From contig CAWEXU010000018.1 of the NCBI GenBank assembly GCA_963813075.1, positions 1-35,509 on the forward strand: DNA of 35,509 bases, given 5' to 3'. A program made the translations under genes and the position numbers. Of the stretch, positions 10,201 through 19,778 are shown in pieces. How positions within the stretch are numbered: the first letter of the stretch is position 1; each line of letters begins with the position of its first letter. This DNA is from Methanotrichaceae archaeon. GTDB taxonomy: Archaea; Halobacteriota; Methanosarcinia; Methanotrichales; Methanotrichaceae. The notes beneath the pieces were generated by a model, which was not told the origin of the DNA, did no database searches, and saw only the letters and a list, made by a program, of their open reading frames with translations.

Positions 10201-10407
10201 CGACTTTGTTCTGCCAGTGGCGATATATCCTGCATCGCTGGTTTGCTGAATGGAATAGAGCTCGTCGTCATAGGATCCCCCAAAGGATGCATTCAAATCC
10301 ATCGCGATACAGGGTGGGCTGCAATAAGCGCTCTGGCAGTTCAGAATCGTTAACGCGGCCAAAAATGTCACCAAAATCAACCATTTATTGCAGCTATAAT
10401 TTTTCAT
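4223..10407 (-). CDS. Giant secreted surface protein: signal peptide, 7-blade beta-propeller and 19 Ig-like (I-set-type) repeats; interrupted by five +1 frameshifts
   Basis: ORFs 8860-10422, 8712-8924, 8567-8824, 8191-8712, 7515-8285 and 4223-7510 join after removing one base each at ~8901, ~8770, ~8693, ~8278 and 7526. 6185-5=6180 nt, i.e. 2059 aa from ATG 10407. Contains seven 'GG..D....I..T.DGG.I.AG.T' blades and 19 'Y/FQW.K.G' Ig cores. Confidence 0.88.
4480..9130 (-). repeat. Intragenic tandem repeat, 255-bp (85-aa) unit
   Basis: CCACTGATA anchors at 6986, 7241 and 7496 are exactly 255 bp apart. Units in ~6800-7900 are near-identical at DNA level. Confidence 0.92.
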
Positions 10408-10845
10408 ATCAATTATCCCCAATTTTCAAGCCTTATCTCATGCAGCAGTTCATCTTCCAGCCCATAATCATCTTTGACCCTGGACTCATTAGCCATCTAA
10501 GGTTCCGGTCCTTTGCCACATCAGAGATCAACATAATTTAGATACCATCATTCTTATTGATCGTATAAATAGCTTTAGGCTTATTTAATATATATTTATT
10601 ATTTTCTGGAAGGCAGCGACACGAAAAAGGAAACTCACACTCATTTCATCGGGTCTGGCCACTGCTATATTTGAATAACATTTTTTATTTTTGAAATATT
10701 AATATTAATAGTATTGGTGGAAAAGATAGAGATCAGAACGGGTTGGAATTCGCGTTAGATTTCCGAAAATGCCTGAGTGAAATGAATCACAATAGCTGAT
10801 ACGACAAGGCTTTTCTCCTTGAAGCACAAATTAACCTGAATTATA

Positions 10846-11826
10846 ATGGATGAAAAGATGCAAGCCGATCTCAAAACAGCTGATCAGGAGAAAGCGGAAC
10901 TATTCCTGGAGGAGTTCGTCTCCGGGCTTGTCAATTCGATTGGAGAGGATATCGATTTCATCCTCCTCTTCGGAAGTGCCGCCCGGGGCGAGTTTATCCT
11001 GGGAAAGAGCGATGTGGATCTCATCATTCAGACAAAGAGCGATGAAGCTATCCGCAGGGTGGAGAGGTTCGCTGAATCCCTCTTCTGGCGGCTGGATGAG
11101 AAGCATGGCATGCAGTTTAAGAAGGTGCTATCAACCGGTGCCAGCGAAGGCATCCTGGAAGAATCGATCAAGTTTCTGGAAAAGCAGGCCAGGCTCTACA
11201 AGCCCTTTGAGGTATTTGGGCCGAATGATATCGATTGGAGCCGGGGGGAGATCAAAAGGCTGGACCTGGTGCCTGGAGCAGTTCTCGTCGCCAGCCAGCT
11301 CACTTTGCTGTACAAAATGAAGCATGAGGGCAAGATCCTCTTTGGCCGGGACATCCGGCCGGAGATAAACCCGCGCTTCAGCTGGTGGGAAAAGCTAAAA
11401 GCGATACTGGTGCCCCAGAGCATCGCTTTTTCCTCCTTGATCCTCGCCCTGGTCCTGCCCCAGAAGGCAACTGGCTTGGCGGTCAAGGCCCTCTTCTATG
11501 AGGTGGAGTCGGTCAATATCTACCAGAAGAGCATGATCCCTCCTCCCCAGGAGAAGATGAGAAGCTTTGCCCAGGCATCGCAGTTCGAGAATGCCGTCTT
11601 CGACCGGGTGCGCTTTTTTCTGGAGAAGAGTCTGGGCCTGTTGAGCGAGCAGAAGCTGGAGCTACTGAAAAGAGCCGCGGCTATCAAAAGGGATGGCTTT
11701 TGTGGGGGAAGAAGGGAGGCTTTGAGCTTCTGTCTGGTCGCTTTTGGGGCCATCTGGCAGACCAATGCCGCTGTGATCCTGAGAGCCCGGGGCACAGGGC
11801 CCTTTAAGGATAAAAATGGGATTTAA
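10846..11826 (+). CDS. Nucleotidyltransferase (Pol-beta/MNT superfamily) domain protein with C-terminal helical extension
   Basis: 'ILLFGSAARGE...SDVDLII' is the GS...DxD motif. 'EGKILFG' is a typical MNT end motif. Confidence 0.8.
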   Translation: MDEKMQADLKTADQEKAELFLEEFVSGLVNSIGEDIDFILLFGSAARGEFILGKSDVDLIIQTKSDEAIRRVERFAESLFWRLDEKHGMQFKKVLSTGASEGILEESIKFLEKQARLYKPFEVFGPNDIDWSRGEIKRLDLVPGAVLVASQLTLLYKMKHEGKILFGRDIRPEINPRFSWWEKLKAILVPQSIAFSSLILALVLPQKATGLAVKALFYEVESVNIYQKSMIPPPQEKMRSFAQASQFENAVFDRVRFFLEKSLGLLSEQKLELLKRAAAIKRDGFCGGRREALSFCLVAFGAIWQTNAAVILRARGTGPFKDKNGI

Positions 11827-11898
11827 AGAGGGAGAAAGGATCAGCGCTAGGAGGAGCCAGCCCAATCACAAGCTGCTCACTAACTGCTCATGAGCTGC

Positions 11899-13689
11899 TC
11901 ATGAGAGGCTGATTCCTGCGATCAACGGATCGTGATCAGAGCTGCGATATACATCCGGACTGCTCCATCTGCCATTGTAGGCGAATTCAGAGGATTCATC
12001 GGCATTTATATGCCAGATGCTCGTCCCCGTCACCTGTCCGGCCAGGCTTGAGCTGGCCAGCATATGATCCAGCAGCCCCCACTGGCCCTTGTATTCATAC
12101 GAATAGGGATAAATGGTTCCCTGCTGGTCGATCATCTCTTTATAGCCCCCCTTCTCAAAAGCCCGGATGGGATCCTCGTACCGGTACGAGTTCATATCCC
12201 CTATGATCAGATAATCGGGGTCCTGGCTTCCAGTGGGATCGGAAGACAGCCATCTGACAAGCTCATCGGCAGCCCTCGTGCGGTCACCATTCCAGTATCC
12301 CTGTCCATCACCGAGATCCCCATTATCTCCATCCGCCACCTCATTCCCGCCAGGCGGATTCTTGGATTTCAGATGAACGACCACGACGGTAAACCTCTCT
12401 TTGGTGCTGATCTCCTCGAAGGTCTGAGCCAGAGGCTGGCGCTTGCCAGATATTGCGCCTTTTGACATCGTTGCTGCCCTGCCTACTGGTCTTATCAATG
12501 TTCTGTTGTAGATCAATCCCACTGAGATGAGGTCATCGCCTAGCCTTGACGATCCCGGGTCTACAAACGAATAATTCCCCAGGCCAATTCCATTCTCAAT
12601 AGCATTCAGACCGTCTGTCAGATCATGAATGGCGCTCAAGCTTCCATAGCCGTCATTCTCCACCTCAATGACCCCGATCACGTCTGCCTTCATGTCTGTG
12701 ATGGCCTGGATGATCTTATTTCTTTGCAGCTGAAACTCCTCTTTGGATCTGGCTCCTCTCGAACCTGGGAAGCCGCCGCCGACACCATCGCCGTTGAAGT
12801 AGTTTTCCAGATTCATGCTGGCAATCCTTAATCTGCCGCCCACCGGCTCGGGGGCTATCGGCCGGGGATTGGATATTATGATTTCAGATATATTCAAAGG
12901 CTCCAATTTGTAATTTTCGTGGCTATAGCTTAATATCCCGGTAATTCCCTGGTAAGTGTCTCCACAGCGGACGGTTTTTGGGAATGGATAGGAATCAGGG
13001 TATGTTTGGCCGCTGCCATCATCAAGGATGATCGTGCTGCGGTTGTTTAATTCCTGGATCCTTGCAGCTGGAGTTCCGGGCTGGACCACATTGGTGGGAA
13101 TGGGCAGCCGGGCGCGGGGAGATATGTGCAGCTCTCCATATTCAGAGAAGTTCTCAGTATCGGTGATGACTAATTCTTGTGGGAGCAATAAGAGCATCCC
13201 CTCATATCCTTCCAGTGAATTCTCCTCTCGCGGCAAAACGAGCTGCTGAGCGGTTACTGTGCTTTCTATAGAATTCCGGTCAACCTTTTTTATCTCTTTC
13301 AAATTCAGCTCGGTCAGGCCATGGAACTCTTCTATATATCCCTCGGCCATGACAAGATCACCTCGGGAGATGTTCTCCTTGTATCCTACCCCTCCAGGAT
13401 CAAAGACGAAGAGGCCTTCTGAGGTCTTGATATTGTCATCTGTATCGCTGTCCTCTTCCTGGACAAAGAATCCTCTCAGCATATCTCTTCCCTGGAAGTT
13501 GCCGGTAACAATTGCTTCTACTGCCACCATCTCGTCCTGCATCTGGCTTGACGGGCCATCTCCCTGGATGGCATGAATCATGGTGATACCCGAAATCGCT
13601 GATTCTCCGTCCGGGGCAGCAGAAGAGACTGCAGCGCTCAGAGCGCCAACAGCCAAAAGAATAAGGATAATCGATAAATTCAAATCCAT
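11899..13689 (-). CDS. ExeM/NucH-family extracellular endonuclease (OB-fold plus EEP domain)
   Basis: Signal peptide (MDLNLSIILILLAVGALSAA) followed by 'IHAIQG', 'GFFVQEED', 'ASMNLENYFNG', 'IGDMNSY', 'LLDHML' and 'SSDHDP'. Confidence 0.92.
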   Translation of the reverse strand: MDLNLSIILILLAVGALSAAVSSAAPDGESAISGITMIHAIQGDGPSSQMQDEMVAVEAIVTGNFQGRDMLRGFFVQEEDSDTDDNIKTSEGLFVFDPGGVGYKENISRGDLVMAEGYIEEFHGLTELNLKEIKKVDRNSIESTVTAQQLVLPREENSLEGYEGMLLLLPQELVITDTENFSEYGELHISPRARLPIPTNVVQPGTPAARIQELNNRSTIILDDGSGQTYPDSYPFPKTVRCGDTYQGITGILSYSHENYKLEPLNISEIIISNPRPIAPEPVGGRLRIASMNLENYFNGDGVGGGFPGSRGARSKEEFQLQRNKIIQAITDMKADVIGVIEVENDGYGSLSAIHDLTDGLNAIENGIGLGNYSFVDPGSSRLGDDLISVGLIYNRTLIRPVGRAATMSKGAISGKRQPLAQTFEEISTKERFTVVVVHLKSKNPPGGNEVADGDNGDLGDGQGYWNGDRTRAADELVRWLSSDPTGSQDPDYLIIGDMNSYRYEDPIRAFEKGGYKEMIDQQGTIYPYSYEYKGQWGLLDHMLASSSLAGQVTGTSIWHINADESSEFAYNGRWSSPDVYRSSDHDPLIAGISLS

Positions 13690-13859
13690 TCCATCCCAGC
13701 TTAGCTTTCGAATACTTTCGAGTAGTATGATTTCGAATTGCTTAAATTGCTTCTCAATGAAAAACATTTCGATGTTCGTGAGTCACTCATGGGTCACTGC
13801 CCGAAAAAGAGAAAAAGCTTTTTTATCATCAATGAATATGAATTCCTCATGGCGAGTGG

Positions 13860-15603
13860 ATGAAAACCCATCTGAAGCTCTCAGAGGATCTGCGCTGGAT
13901 CTACCTGGACCTGCTCTCCATAGTGGTGGGGATAAGCGGGGGCCTGGGGGCAGTGGCCTTCCGAAAGCTGGTCGAGCTTAGCCACGATTTCTTCTTTGGA
14001 TTTCTTCTCCCCCACCTGCCGGACAATTACTTCGTCGTTCTCCTTCCGGTATTGGGTGGCCTCATCGTCGGACCTCTGATCTACAGGCTGGCCCCGGAGG
14101 CGAAGGGCGACGGCATATCCCATATCATGATCGCCCTGCAGAGGTTTACCGGAGACATCAGAAAGCGGGCTGGCCTGGTCCTGATCTTCACCTCTGCGAT
14201 AACTCTGGGCAGCGGCGGCAGCGCCGGGCGGGAGGGGCCCATCGCCCTGATTGGAGCCTCGGCGGGCTCGGCCATCGGCAAAGCCATAAGGCTGTCTGCA
14301 CGCGACGTGAAGGTGCTCACCTGCTGCGGCGTGGCCTCGGGGATTGCCGCCACCTTCAATGCCCCTATGGGCGGGGCGATATTCAGCATGGAGGTGATCA
14401 GCAAGAAGTTCACCTCACTGGATGCAGTACCCATTCTGCTGGCGGCGGTAGTGGGAAAGGCGGTAGCATCGGAATTGATCGATCCCGTGCCGGAGTTCGT
14501 GAACCCCAGCTTTTACTTTACCACCTTCGATATGATTCTCTGCTTTTTCATCGGGCCGCTGTTTGGATTTCTCTCCTTTCTCTGGGTGAAAGGCTACTAC
14601 CTCTTTGAGGACAGATTCCAGGATCTCTCTATACCGGATGTGCTAAAACCGGCAGCAGGCGGGCTGACCGCAGGATTATGCGGCATATTCTTCTTCGAGT
14701 TCGGCATCATGGGAGTGGGCTATGAGGGCATCAATAACGTCTTCATGCTCGCCGCCAGAGCACCAGCCACAGATTTGCTTCTCCTCTTCCTGGCTTTGGG
14801 TTTCCTGAAGATACTGGCAACATCCTCCACCGTCGGATCAGGAGGGAGCGGCGGGGTCTTCGCGCCCACCCTCTACATTGGAACCATGTTCGGCCTGGCG
14901 GCAGGCATGCTGGCCGAGATCCTGGCCCCCGATCTGATCGCCAATCCTCTGGACTACGGCCTCCTGGGTATGGGGGCACTTTTCGCCGGGACGGCAGGAG
15001 CTCCTCTCACCTGCATATTCATGATCACGGAGATGACCGGCAACTACAGCGGCCTGCCCTCTCTGATAATCTGTTGCATCACCAGCTATACCGTGGCCCG
15101 CATTCTCCTGAAGGGCGGGTCCATTTACACCATCAAGCTGATGAGAAAGGGCATTTATCTCGATCTTCCCCAGCCGGTTCTCTCCGAGGTGTCGGTGGGA
15201 GAGGCGATGCATAAAGAGGTGGTCACCGTCAGCCCATTCAGCAGGATCTCAGAGGTGAGAGATGACATCTACCGCTACAACTATACCGGTTTTCCTGTGG
15301 TGGACGAGGGCCGTCTGGTGGGGATGATAACCTTTGACGATATCAGGAGAATTCCTCCCGCATGAGCAGGAGAAAATGACAGTTAAGGAGGTGGCGCTCA
15401 GGGCTCCCATCACCATTAATCCCCACCAGTCGGCAAAGATGGCCATGGATATCATGTATGAAAACGACGTTGGAAGGCTGGCGGTGGTGGAAAAGGACGA
15501 TGCAAAAAAGCTGATTGGGATCATCACCCGCTCGGATGTGATCCGGGCTTATGAGAGGGAGCTGAAGAAGGCCCGGGATGAAACGGCAAGAGGGGAGAGG
15601 TAG
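13860..15603 (+). CDS. CLC-family chloride channel/transporter with two CBS domains; +1 frameshift at ~15358
   Basis: Motifs GREGP, 'GIAATFNAP', 'GGSGGVFAP' and 'SIYT'. CBS1 is in 13860-15365 and CBS2 in the 15334-15603 frame. Removing one C joins IPPHEQEKM. Confidence 0.92.
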
Positions 15604-15710
15604 CGGAAAAGGGATTGAGACTTGATTGTCCTTAATTGTCCTTAATTGACTCTGAAATCAACTTCGCCGTCGCAGAGGCTTATCATCGAGGACGATTGAC
15701 TCGCTCCCTG

Positions 15711-16505
15711 CTAAAGGACATCTCTCACCCGGTCGTAGCTGAATACCGGCCCGTCCTGACAGGTATGATAGGGGCCGATGGAGCAATGCTCACATTTGCC
15801 CAGGCCGCACTTCATGTGCCTCTCCAGGGATACATAAATATCCGACAGGTGAAATCCCCGGTCCATGAGCTTTCCGGCCACGGCATTGATCATCACCGGT
15901 GGGCCGCAGATGGCGGCAGAGCCAGGGTCAAGGTCAAAGCGGTCGATGAGGCTGGTGACCAATCCCACATTTCCTTTCCAGGAGTCGTCGCCTATATCAA
16001 CCGTCACCGCCACCTCCATACCCATTCTCTCCCAGCTCCTGTACTCCTGCATGAAGTAGAGGTCCTGCCTGGTCCTCGCTCCGTATGCTATGGCCACCTT
16101 GCCGAAGCTCTCCCGCCGGTCGGATATGTAGTTTATCAGAGAACGGAGAGTGGCAAATCCCGAGCCTCCACCGGCGATGACCACATCCCTCATCATCCGT
16201 TCCAGGGGAAAGCCGTTGCCGTAAGGGCCGCGTATTCCAACCACATCTCCTACCAGACAGTCCATGATTCCGTTCGTCACCTTTCCCGCCCGGCGTATGC
16301 ATAGCTGCAGGCTTCTCCTGGTGGGAGATGAGGCAATGGAGATAGGGCATTCTCCCAGGCCGAAGACTGAGATCATCACAAACTGGCCGGGAAGATAGAC
16401 GAAGTCGGTTCCCTCATCAAGGAGTTTCAGGGTTATCAGGTAGGTGTTCGGAGACTCTATATCGATATCCACGATCTCCGCCTGCATGGGGATGTACTCG
16501 TTCAT
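15711..16505 (-). CDS. FAD/NAD(P)-binding oxidoreductase with [2Fe-2S] (AsrB/HydG/FlxA-like)
   Basis: 'PGQFVM', 'RGPYGNGF', 'GGGSG', 'ICGPPVM' and 'MKCGLGKCEHC...CQDGPVF'. ATGA overlap with the upstream gene. Confidence 0.9.
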   Translation of the reverse strand: MNEYIPMQAEIVDIDIESPNTYLITLKLLDEGTDFVYLPGQFVMISVFGLGECPISIASSPTRRSLQLCIRRAGKVTNGIMDCLVGDVVGIRGPYGNGFPLERMMRDVVIAGGGSGFATLRSLINYISDRRESFGKVAIAYGARTRQDLYFMQEYRSWERMGMEVAVTVDIGDDSWKGNVGLVTSLIDRFDLDPGSAAICGPPVMINAVAGKLMDRGFHLSDIYVSLERHMKCGLGKCEHCSIGPYHTCQDGPVFSYDRVRDVL

Positions 16506-17539
16506 CCTCTCACCTCAAGAACGCTCTTAGCCATGGGGTCGTTTTTAACCATGTGTTTGCTCTTTACCGTCAGATCGACCCGGTCAATGGCCGAGGGACA
16601 GGCCAGGTGGCAGCGTCCGCAGCCCACGCAGCCCAGAAGGCCGATCATTTTGGGTATATCCTCGAACTTATCCTGATACCAGTGCTGCAGCCGCTGTCCT
16701 GCCGTGCGCCGGGGATTGGCCCCGCCGGCAAGGCGGGAGAATCCGGACAGTATACAGGAGTCACGGCAGCGCATCCTCTCGCCGTCCGGAACTCCCAGAT
16801 CAAGGATATTGAAGCAGTGGCATACCGGGCAGACGAAGGTGCAGCCTCCACAGGCCAGGCACTCCCGGCCCAGAGCCTCCCAGTCAGCTTTTTGCATGGC
16901 CGACCTGATCTGGTCAGAGCTTCGGCCCCGTCCCAGGGATTCACTGGCCGCCAAAAGGAGTCTTGCCTTCTCCTGCTGCTGTGCAGATCCCTCAGGCTGG
17001 AGGAGATCTCTGCCGGCATTCAGAATCAGAATTCCTGCCGGCGTCATAGCCTCGCACAGAAATCCGTCTCCAATATCGGTGAGCTGCAGGTCGCAGGGAT
17101 CCAGAGCCCGTGGCCCGGCATCAAGAGAGGAGCAGAAGCACTCGACTCCAGGGTCCGTGCAGTTGAGCACCACCAGGGCGGTAGCCCTCCGCCGGCGGAA
17201 GTAAGCCTGGTCAGGGGGGTTTTGGCCGAAGATCTTATCCAGCACCGCTATGGCATGCAGGTCGCAGGGCCGGATGGCAAAGAGCATTCTGGGTGGGATT
17301 TCATCCTCCTTGAAGCTGTAGCGACCTGATTCCTGAATATAGCGAAATAAGGTCTCTTTATGAGGGAGCAGGAACTCGGTCGGGGGAGAGAGGGGATTGG
17401 TCTTTAAATCCAGGGGCTGGCCCCGCCAGGTGGCATAAACCGGACCGGATTCTGTTGCCAGCGGCGCTATGACCTCCATCTGGCGGGCTAAAGCCTCCAG
17501 GAGGGCAAGGAGACTGTCTTTCTTGAGGAAGGCCTTCAT
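16502..17539 (-). CDS. 4Fe-4S dicluster protein (AsrA/HydB/FlxB-like)
   Basis: 'RPCDL', 'C..PG.ECFC', 'CLACGGCTFVCPVCHC' and 'CVGCGRCHLACP'. ATGA overlap with fdhA. Confidence 0.9.
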   Translation of the reverse strand: MKAFLKKDSLLALLEALARQMEVIAPLATESGPVYATWRGQPLDLKTNPLSPPTEFLLPHKETLFRYIQESGRYSFKEDEIPPRMLFAIRPCDLHAIAVLDKIFGQNPPDQAYFRRRRATALVVLNCTDPGVECFCSSLDAGPRALDPCDLQLTDIGDGFLCEAMTPAGILILNAGRDLLQPEGSAQQQEKARLLLAASESLGRGRSSDQIRSAMQKADWEALGRECLACGGCTFVCPVCHCFNILDLGVPDGERMRCRDSCILSGFSRLAGGANPRRTAGQRLQHWYQDKFEDIPKMIGLLGCVGCGRCHLACPSAIDRVDLTVKSKHMVKNDPMAKSVLEVRG

Positions 17540-19644
17540 GATATCACCTTTTCCAGCCGTGCTGCTGAGACCTTCAGCTCGGCGATCTTGGAGAGGGGAT
17601 CGAGAGATTGAGCGGTCAGAGCATTGGCCGGGGCCTCAGAGAAGTGGATGGGCAGGAATAGATGTCCTCTGGGAATGCTGTCTACTAGACGCGCCTCGGC
17701 GGAGATGCTGCCTCTTCTCGTCGCAACTTTGACTTTCATCCCTTCCCTGATTCCCATCTGCTTTGCATCCTCCATATTGATCTGGACAAATGGCAGGGGG
17801 ACTTCTCTGTCTAAAAGAGAACTCCTGCGGGTCATGGTCCCGGTGTGAAAATGATAGAGGCTCCGACCGGTGTTCAGGAGCAGTGGATAGTCCGTGTCAG
17901 GAGTCTCGGGAGGTTCGCTGTACCGGACAGGGCGGAAGCGGGCCCGGCCCTGGGAAAAGGAGCCGACATGAAGAATGCTCGTTCCCGGATGATCATTCGA
18001 CGGGCAGGGCCATTGCAGACCTTCGGCCCCCAGGCGATCGTAGCTGATCCCCCCGTAGCTGGGGGTGAGGTATGCAATCTCTTCCATGATCTCATCCGGC
18101 GAGGAATAGCCGGCATTGCAGTCAGCTTTGCAGTCGGCTCTCTCGGCTCTGAATTCGGAATTACAGTCACAATCCGCTTTCTTCTCAGGCCTTCCTGCCA
18201 GCCTTTCCATCAGTTCAACGGTCCACTCCCATTCTGCTCTCGCTTCCCCCGGCGGGTCAACCGCCTTGCGGACACGCTGCACCCGCCTTTCGGTGGAGGT
18301 GAAAGTCCCGTCCTTCTCGGCAAAGCAGGCGGCGGGAAGGACTACATCGGCAAGAGCGGTGGTTCGGGTGGGGAATATATCGCATACCAGCAAGAACTCC
18401 AGGTTCTGCAGGGCTCGGACTACCCGGGAGGTGTCAGGGTAGCTGAGCACAGGATTCTCCCCCACAATTATCAGCCCTTTGAGGGTTCCGGCTTCTGCCG
18501 CCCAGAGCATCTCCAGAGCGGTGAGTCCTGGATCCCGAGGGAGAGTGGCCTTCCAGGCGGCCTCGAATTTAGCCCTGGCATCGGGATTTGATACTGGTTG
18601 GTATCCGGAGAAGACGTTTGGTAGGGCTCCCATATCACAAGCCCCCTGAACATTCTGGTGGCCGCGCAGAGGATAGATGCCCGTCCCCTCCCGGCCCATG
18701 TTTCCCGTGACCAGAGCGAGGTTGGCCAGGGCCTGGACAATGTCCGTTCCCTGAGCATGCTGGGTGACGCCCATGGCATAGACGATCGCCGCCCGATCCG
18801 CTCCTGCATAGATCGATGCCGCTTTAGCCAGGTCTGCCCCGGAGATTCCCGAGATCTCCTCCGCCTGGCTGGGAGTTGTGGCCTTTGCCGCCTCCAGCGT
18901 CTCCTTGAAGCCTTCGGTGCGCTCTTCTATGAACTGTAGGTCGGCCAGGTCCTGCTCTACAATCGCATTCAAAAGGGAGTTGATCCAGATGACATCCGTT
19001 CCCGGACGGGGGGAGAGCCAGAGGTCGGCCATCTCCGCCAGCCGGGTCTTTCGTGGATCTACGACGATTAGCCTGGCTCCATTTGATCTGGCCCGCAGGA
19101 TGTAGGAGGCCACCAGAGGATGCTGCTCGGTGGTGTTGGAGCCGACGACCAAAATGGCATCGGATTTCTCCAGGCTGGAGATGGAGCCGGTCATAGCGCC
19201 GCTTCCCAGGGCAAAGCCCAGGCCGGCTACAGTTGGAGCGTGGCAGAGCCTGGCCACGTGGTCCACGTTGTTCGTCCCGAGGGTTGCGCGGCCCAGCTTC
19301 ATGAGCATAAAGTTCTCCTCATTGGTCCCCTTGGCAGAGGTGAGAACGCCAAGAGCCCCGGGCCCGAACTCCTTTTTGATGCTCTCCAGCCTTTCTGCTG
19401 CCATAGAGAGGGCCTGGTCCCAGCTGGCCCTAACCCTTCGATCGCCTCTCCGGACGAGGGGATGGGTCAGCCTATCCGGATGGCCCACGAAATCCCCTGC
19501 CAGCCAGCCCTTGATGCACAGACTGCCACGGGACATGGGGTGGCTGGGCGATGGGGAGGCACCCACGATCCGGCCGGCATCTACATGCAAAAATAGCCCA
19601 CAGCCGCAGCCGCAATAAACGCAGGTGGTAAGAATTTTGTCCAT
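17536..19644 (-). CDS. fdhA: Formate dehydrogenase alpha subunit (Mo/W-bisPGD, Cys ligand)
   Basis: N-terminal CxxCxxxC...C ('CVYCGCGC...LCIKG'), active-site 'ARLCHAPT', 'LRGHQNVQG', 'AEKDGTFTSTERRVQ', and a molybdopterin dinucleotide-binding C-terminus. Confidence 0.95.
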   Translation of the reverse strand: MDKILTTCVYCGCGCGLFLHVDAGRIVGASPSPSHPMSRGSLCIKGWLAGDFVGHPDRLTHPLVRRGDRRVRASWDQALSMAAERLESIKKEFGPGALGVLTSAKGTNEENFMLMKLGRATLGTNNVDHVARLCHAPTVAGLGFALGSGAMTGSISSLEKSDAILVVGSNTTEQHPLVASYILRARSNGARLIVVDPRKTRLAEMADLWLSPRPGTDVIWINSLLNAIVEQDLADLQFIEERTEGFKETLEAAKATTPSQAEEISGISGADLAKAASIYAGADRAAIVYAMGVTQHAQGTDIVQALANLALVTGNMGREGTGIYPLRGHQNVQGACDMGALPNVFSGYQPVSNPDARAKFEAAWKATLPRDPGLTALEMLWAAEAGTLKGLIIVGENPVLSYPDTSRVVRALQNLEFLLVCDIFPTRTTALADVVLPAACFAEKDGTFTSTERRVQRVRKAVDPPGEARAEWEWTVELMERLAGRPEKKADCDCNSEFRAERADCKADCNAGYSSPDEIMEEIAYLTPSYGGISYDRLGAEGLQWPCPSNDHPGTSILHVGSFSQGRARFRPVRYSEPPETPDTDYPLLLNTGRSLYHFHTGTMTRRSSLLDREVPLPFVQINMEDAKQMGIREGMKVKVATRRGSISAEARLVDSIPRGHLFLPIHFSEAPANALTAQSLDPLSKIAELKVSAARLEKVIS

Positions 19645-19746
19645 GATTTTTCAGGTTGGATTTGCCCGGAGGATATAACAATGTTTTGCTGCCGTTGCGG
19701 GGGAAAGCAGGAGAATTCGCTGGCAATATTGATTCATTGAAGATGG

Positions 19747-19754
19747 TTTTATAA
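19747..19754. promoter_or_regulatory. Candidate archaeal TATA box in the divergent fdhA/trkH intergenic region
   Basis: TTTTATAA ~25 nt upstream of the trkH ATG; a second AT-rich box lies at 19768-19776. Confidence 0.35.
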
Positions 19755-19778
19755 GGCAGATTTTGCTATTAATATAGG

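Noticed and set aside
4223..10422. Adhesin as a pseudogene or phase-variable gene
   Set aside because: All five breaks are +1 with no in-frame stops and no long slippery tracts; this fits the window-wide error pattern.
11871..11905. Short tandem CTGCTCA repeats at the nuclease stop; also ATTGTCCTTA x2 at ~15625-15645
   Set aside because: Very short slippage-type duplications in convergent intergenic gaps, with no evidence of function.
13779..13789. TGAGT-C-ACTCA palindrome between the divergent nuclease and CLC genes
   Set aside because: A 5-bp dyad can arise by chance and no second copy was found.
13790..13860. Fluoride riboswitch / CLC-F exporter
   Set aside because: No convincing crcB-motif consensus upstream, and the protein has GREGP and GVFAP rather than the CLC-F signatures (GNNLI, GREGT, GEVTP).
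17536..19644. Selenocysteine-containing Fdh
   Set aside because: The active-site codon encodes Cys (ARLCH) and there is no in-frame TGA.
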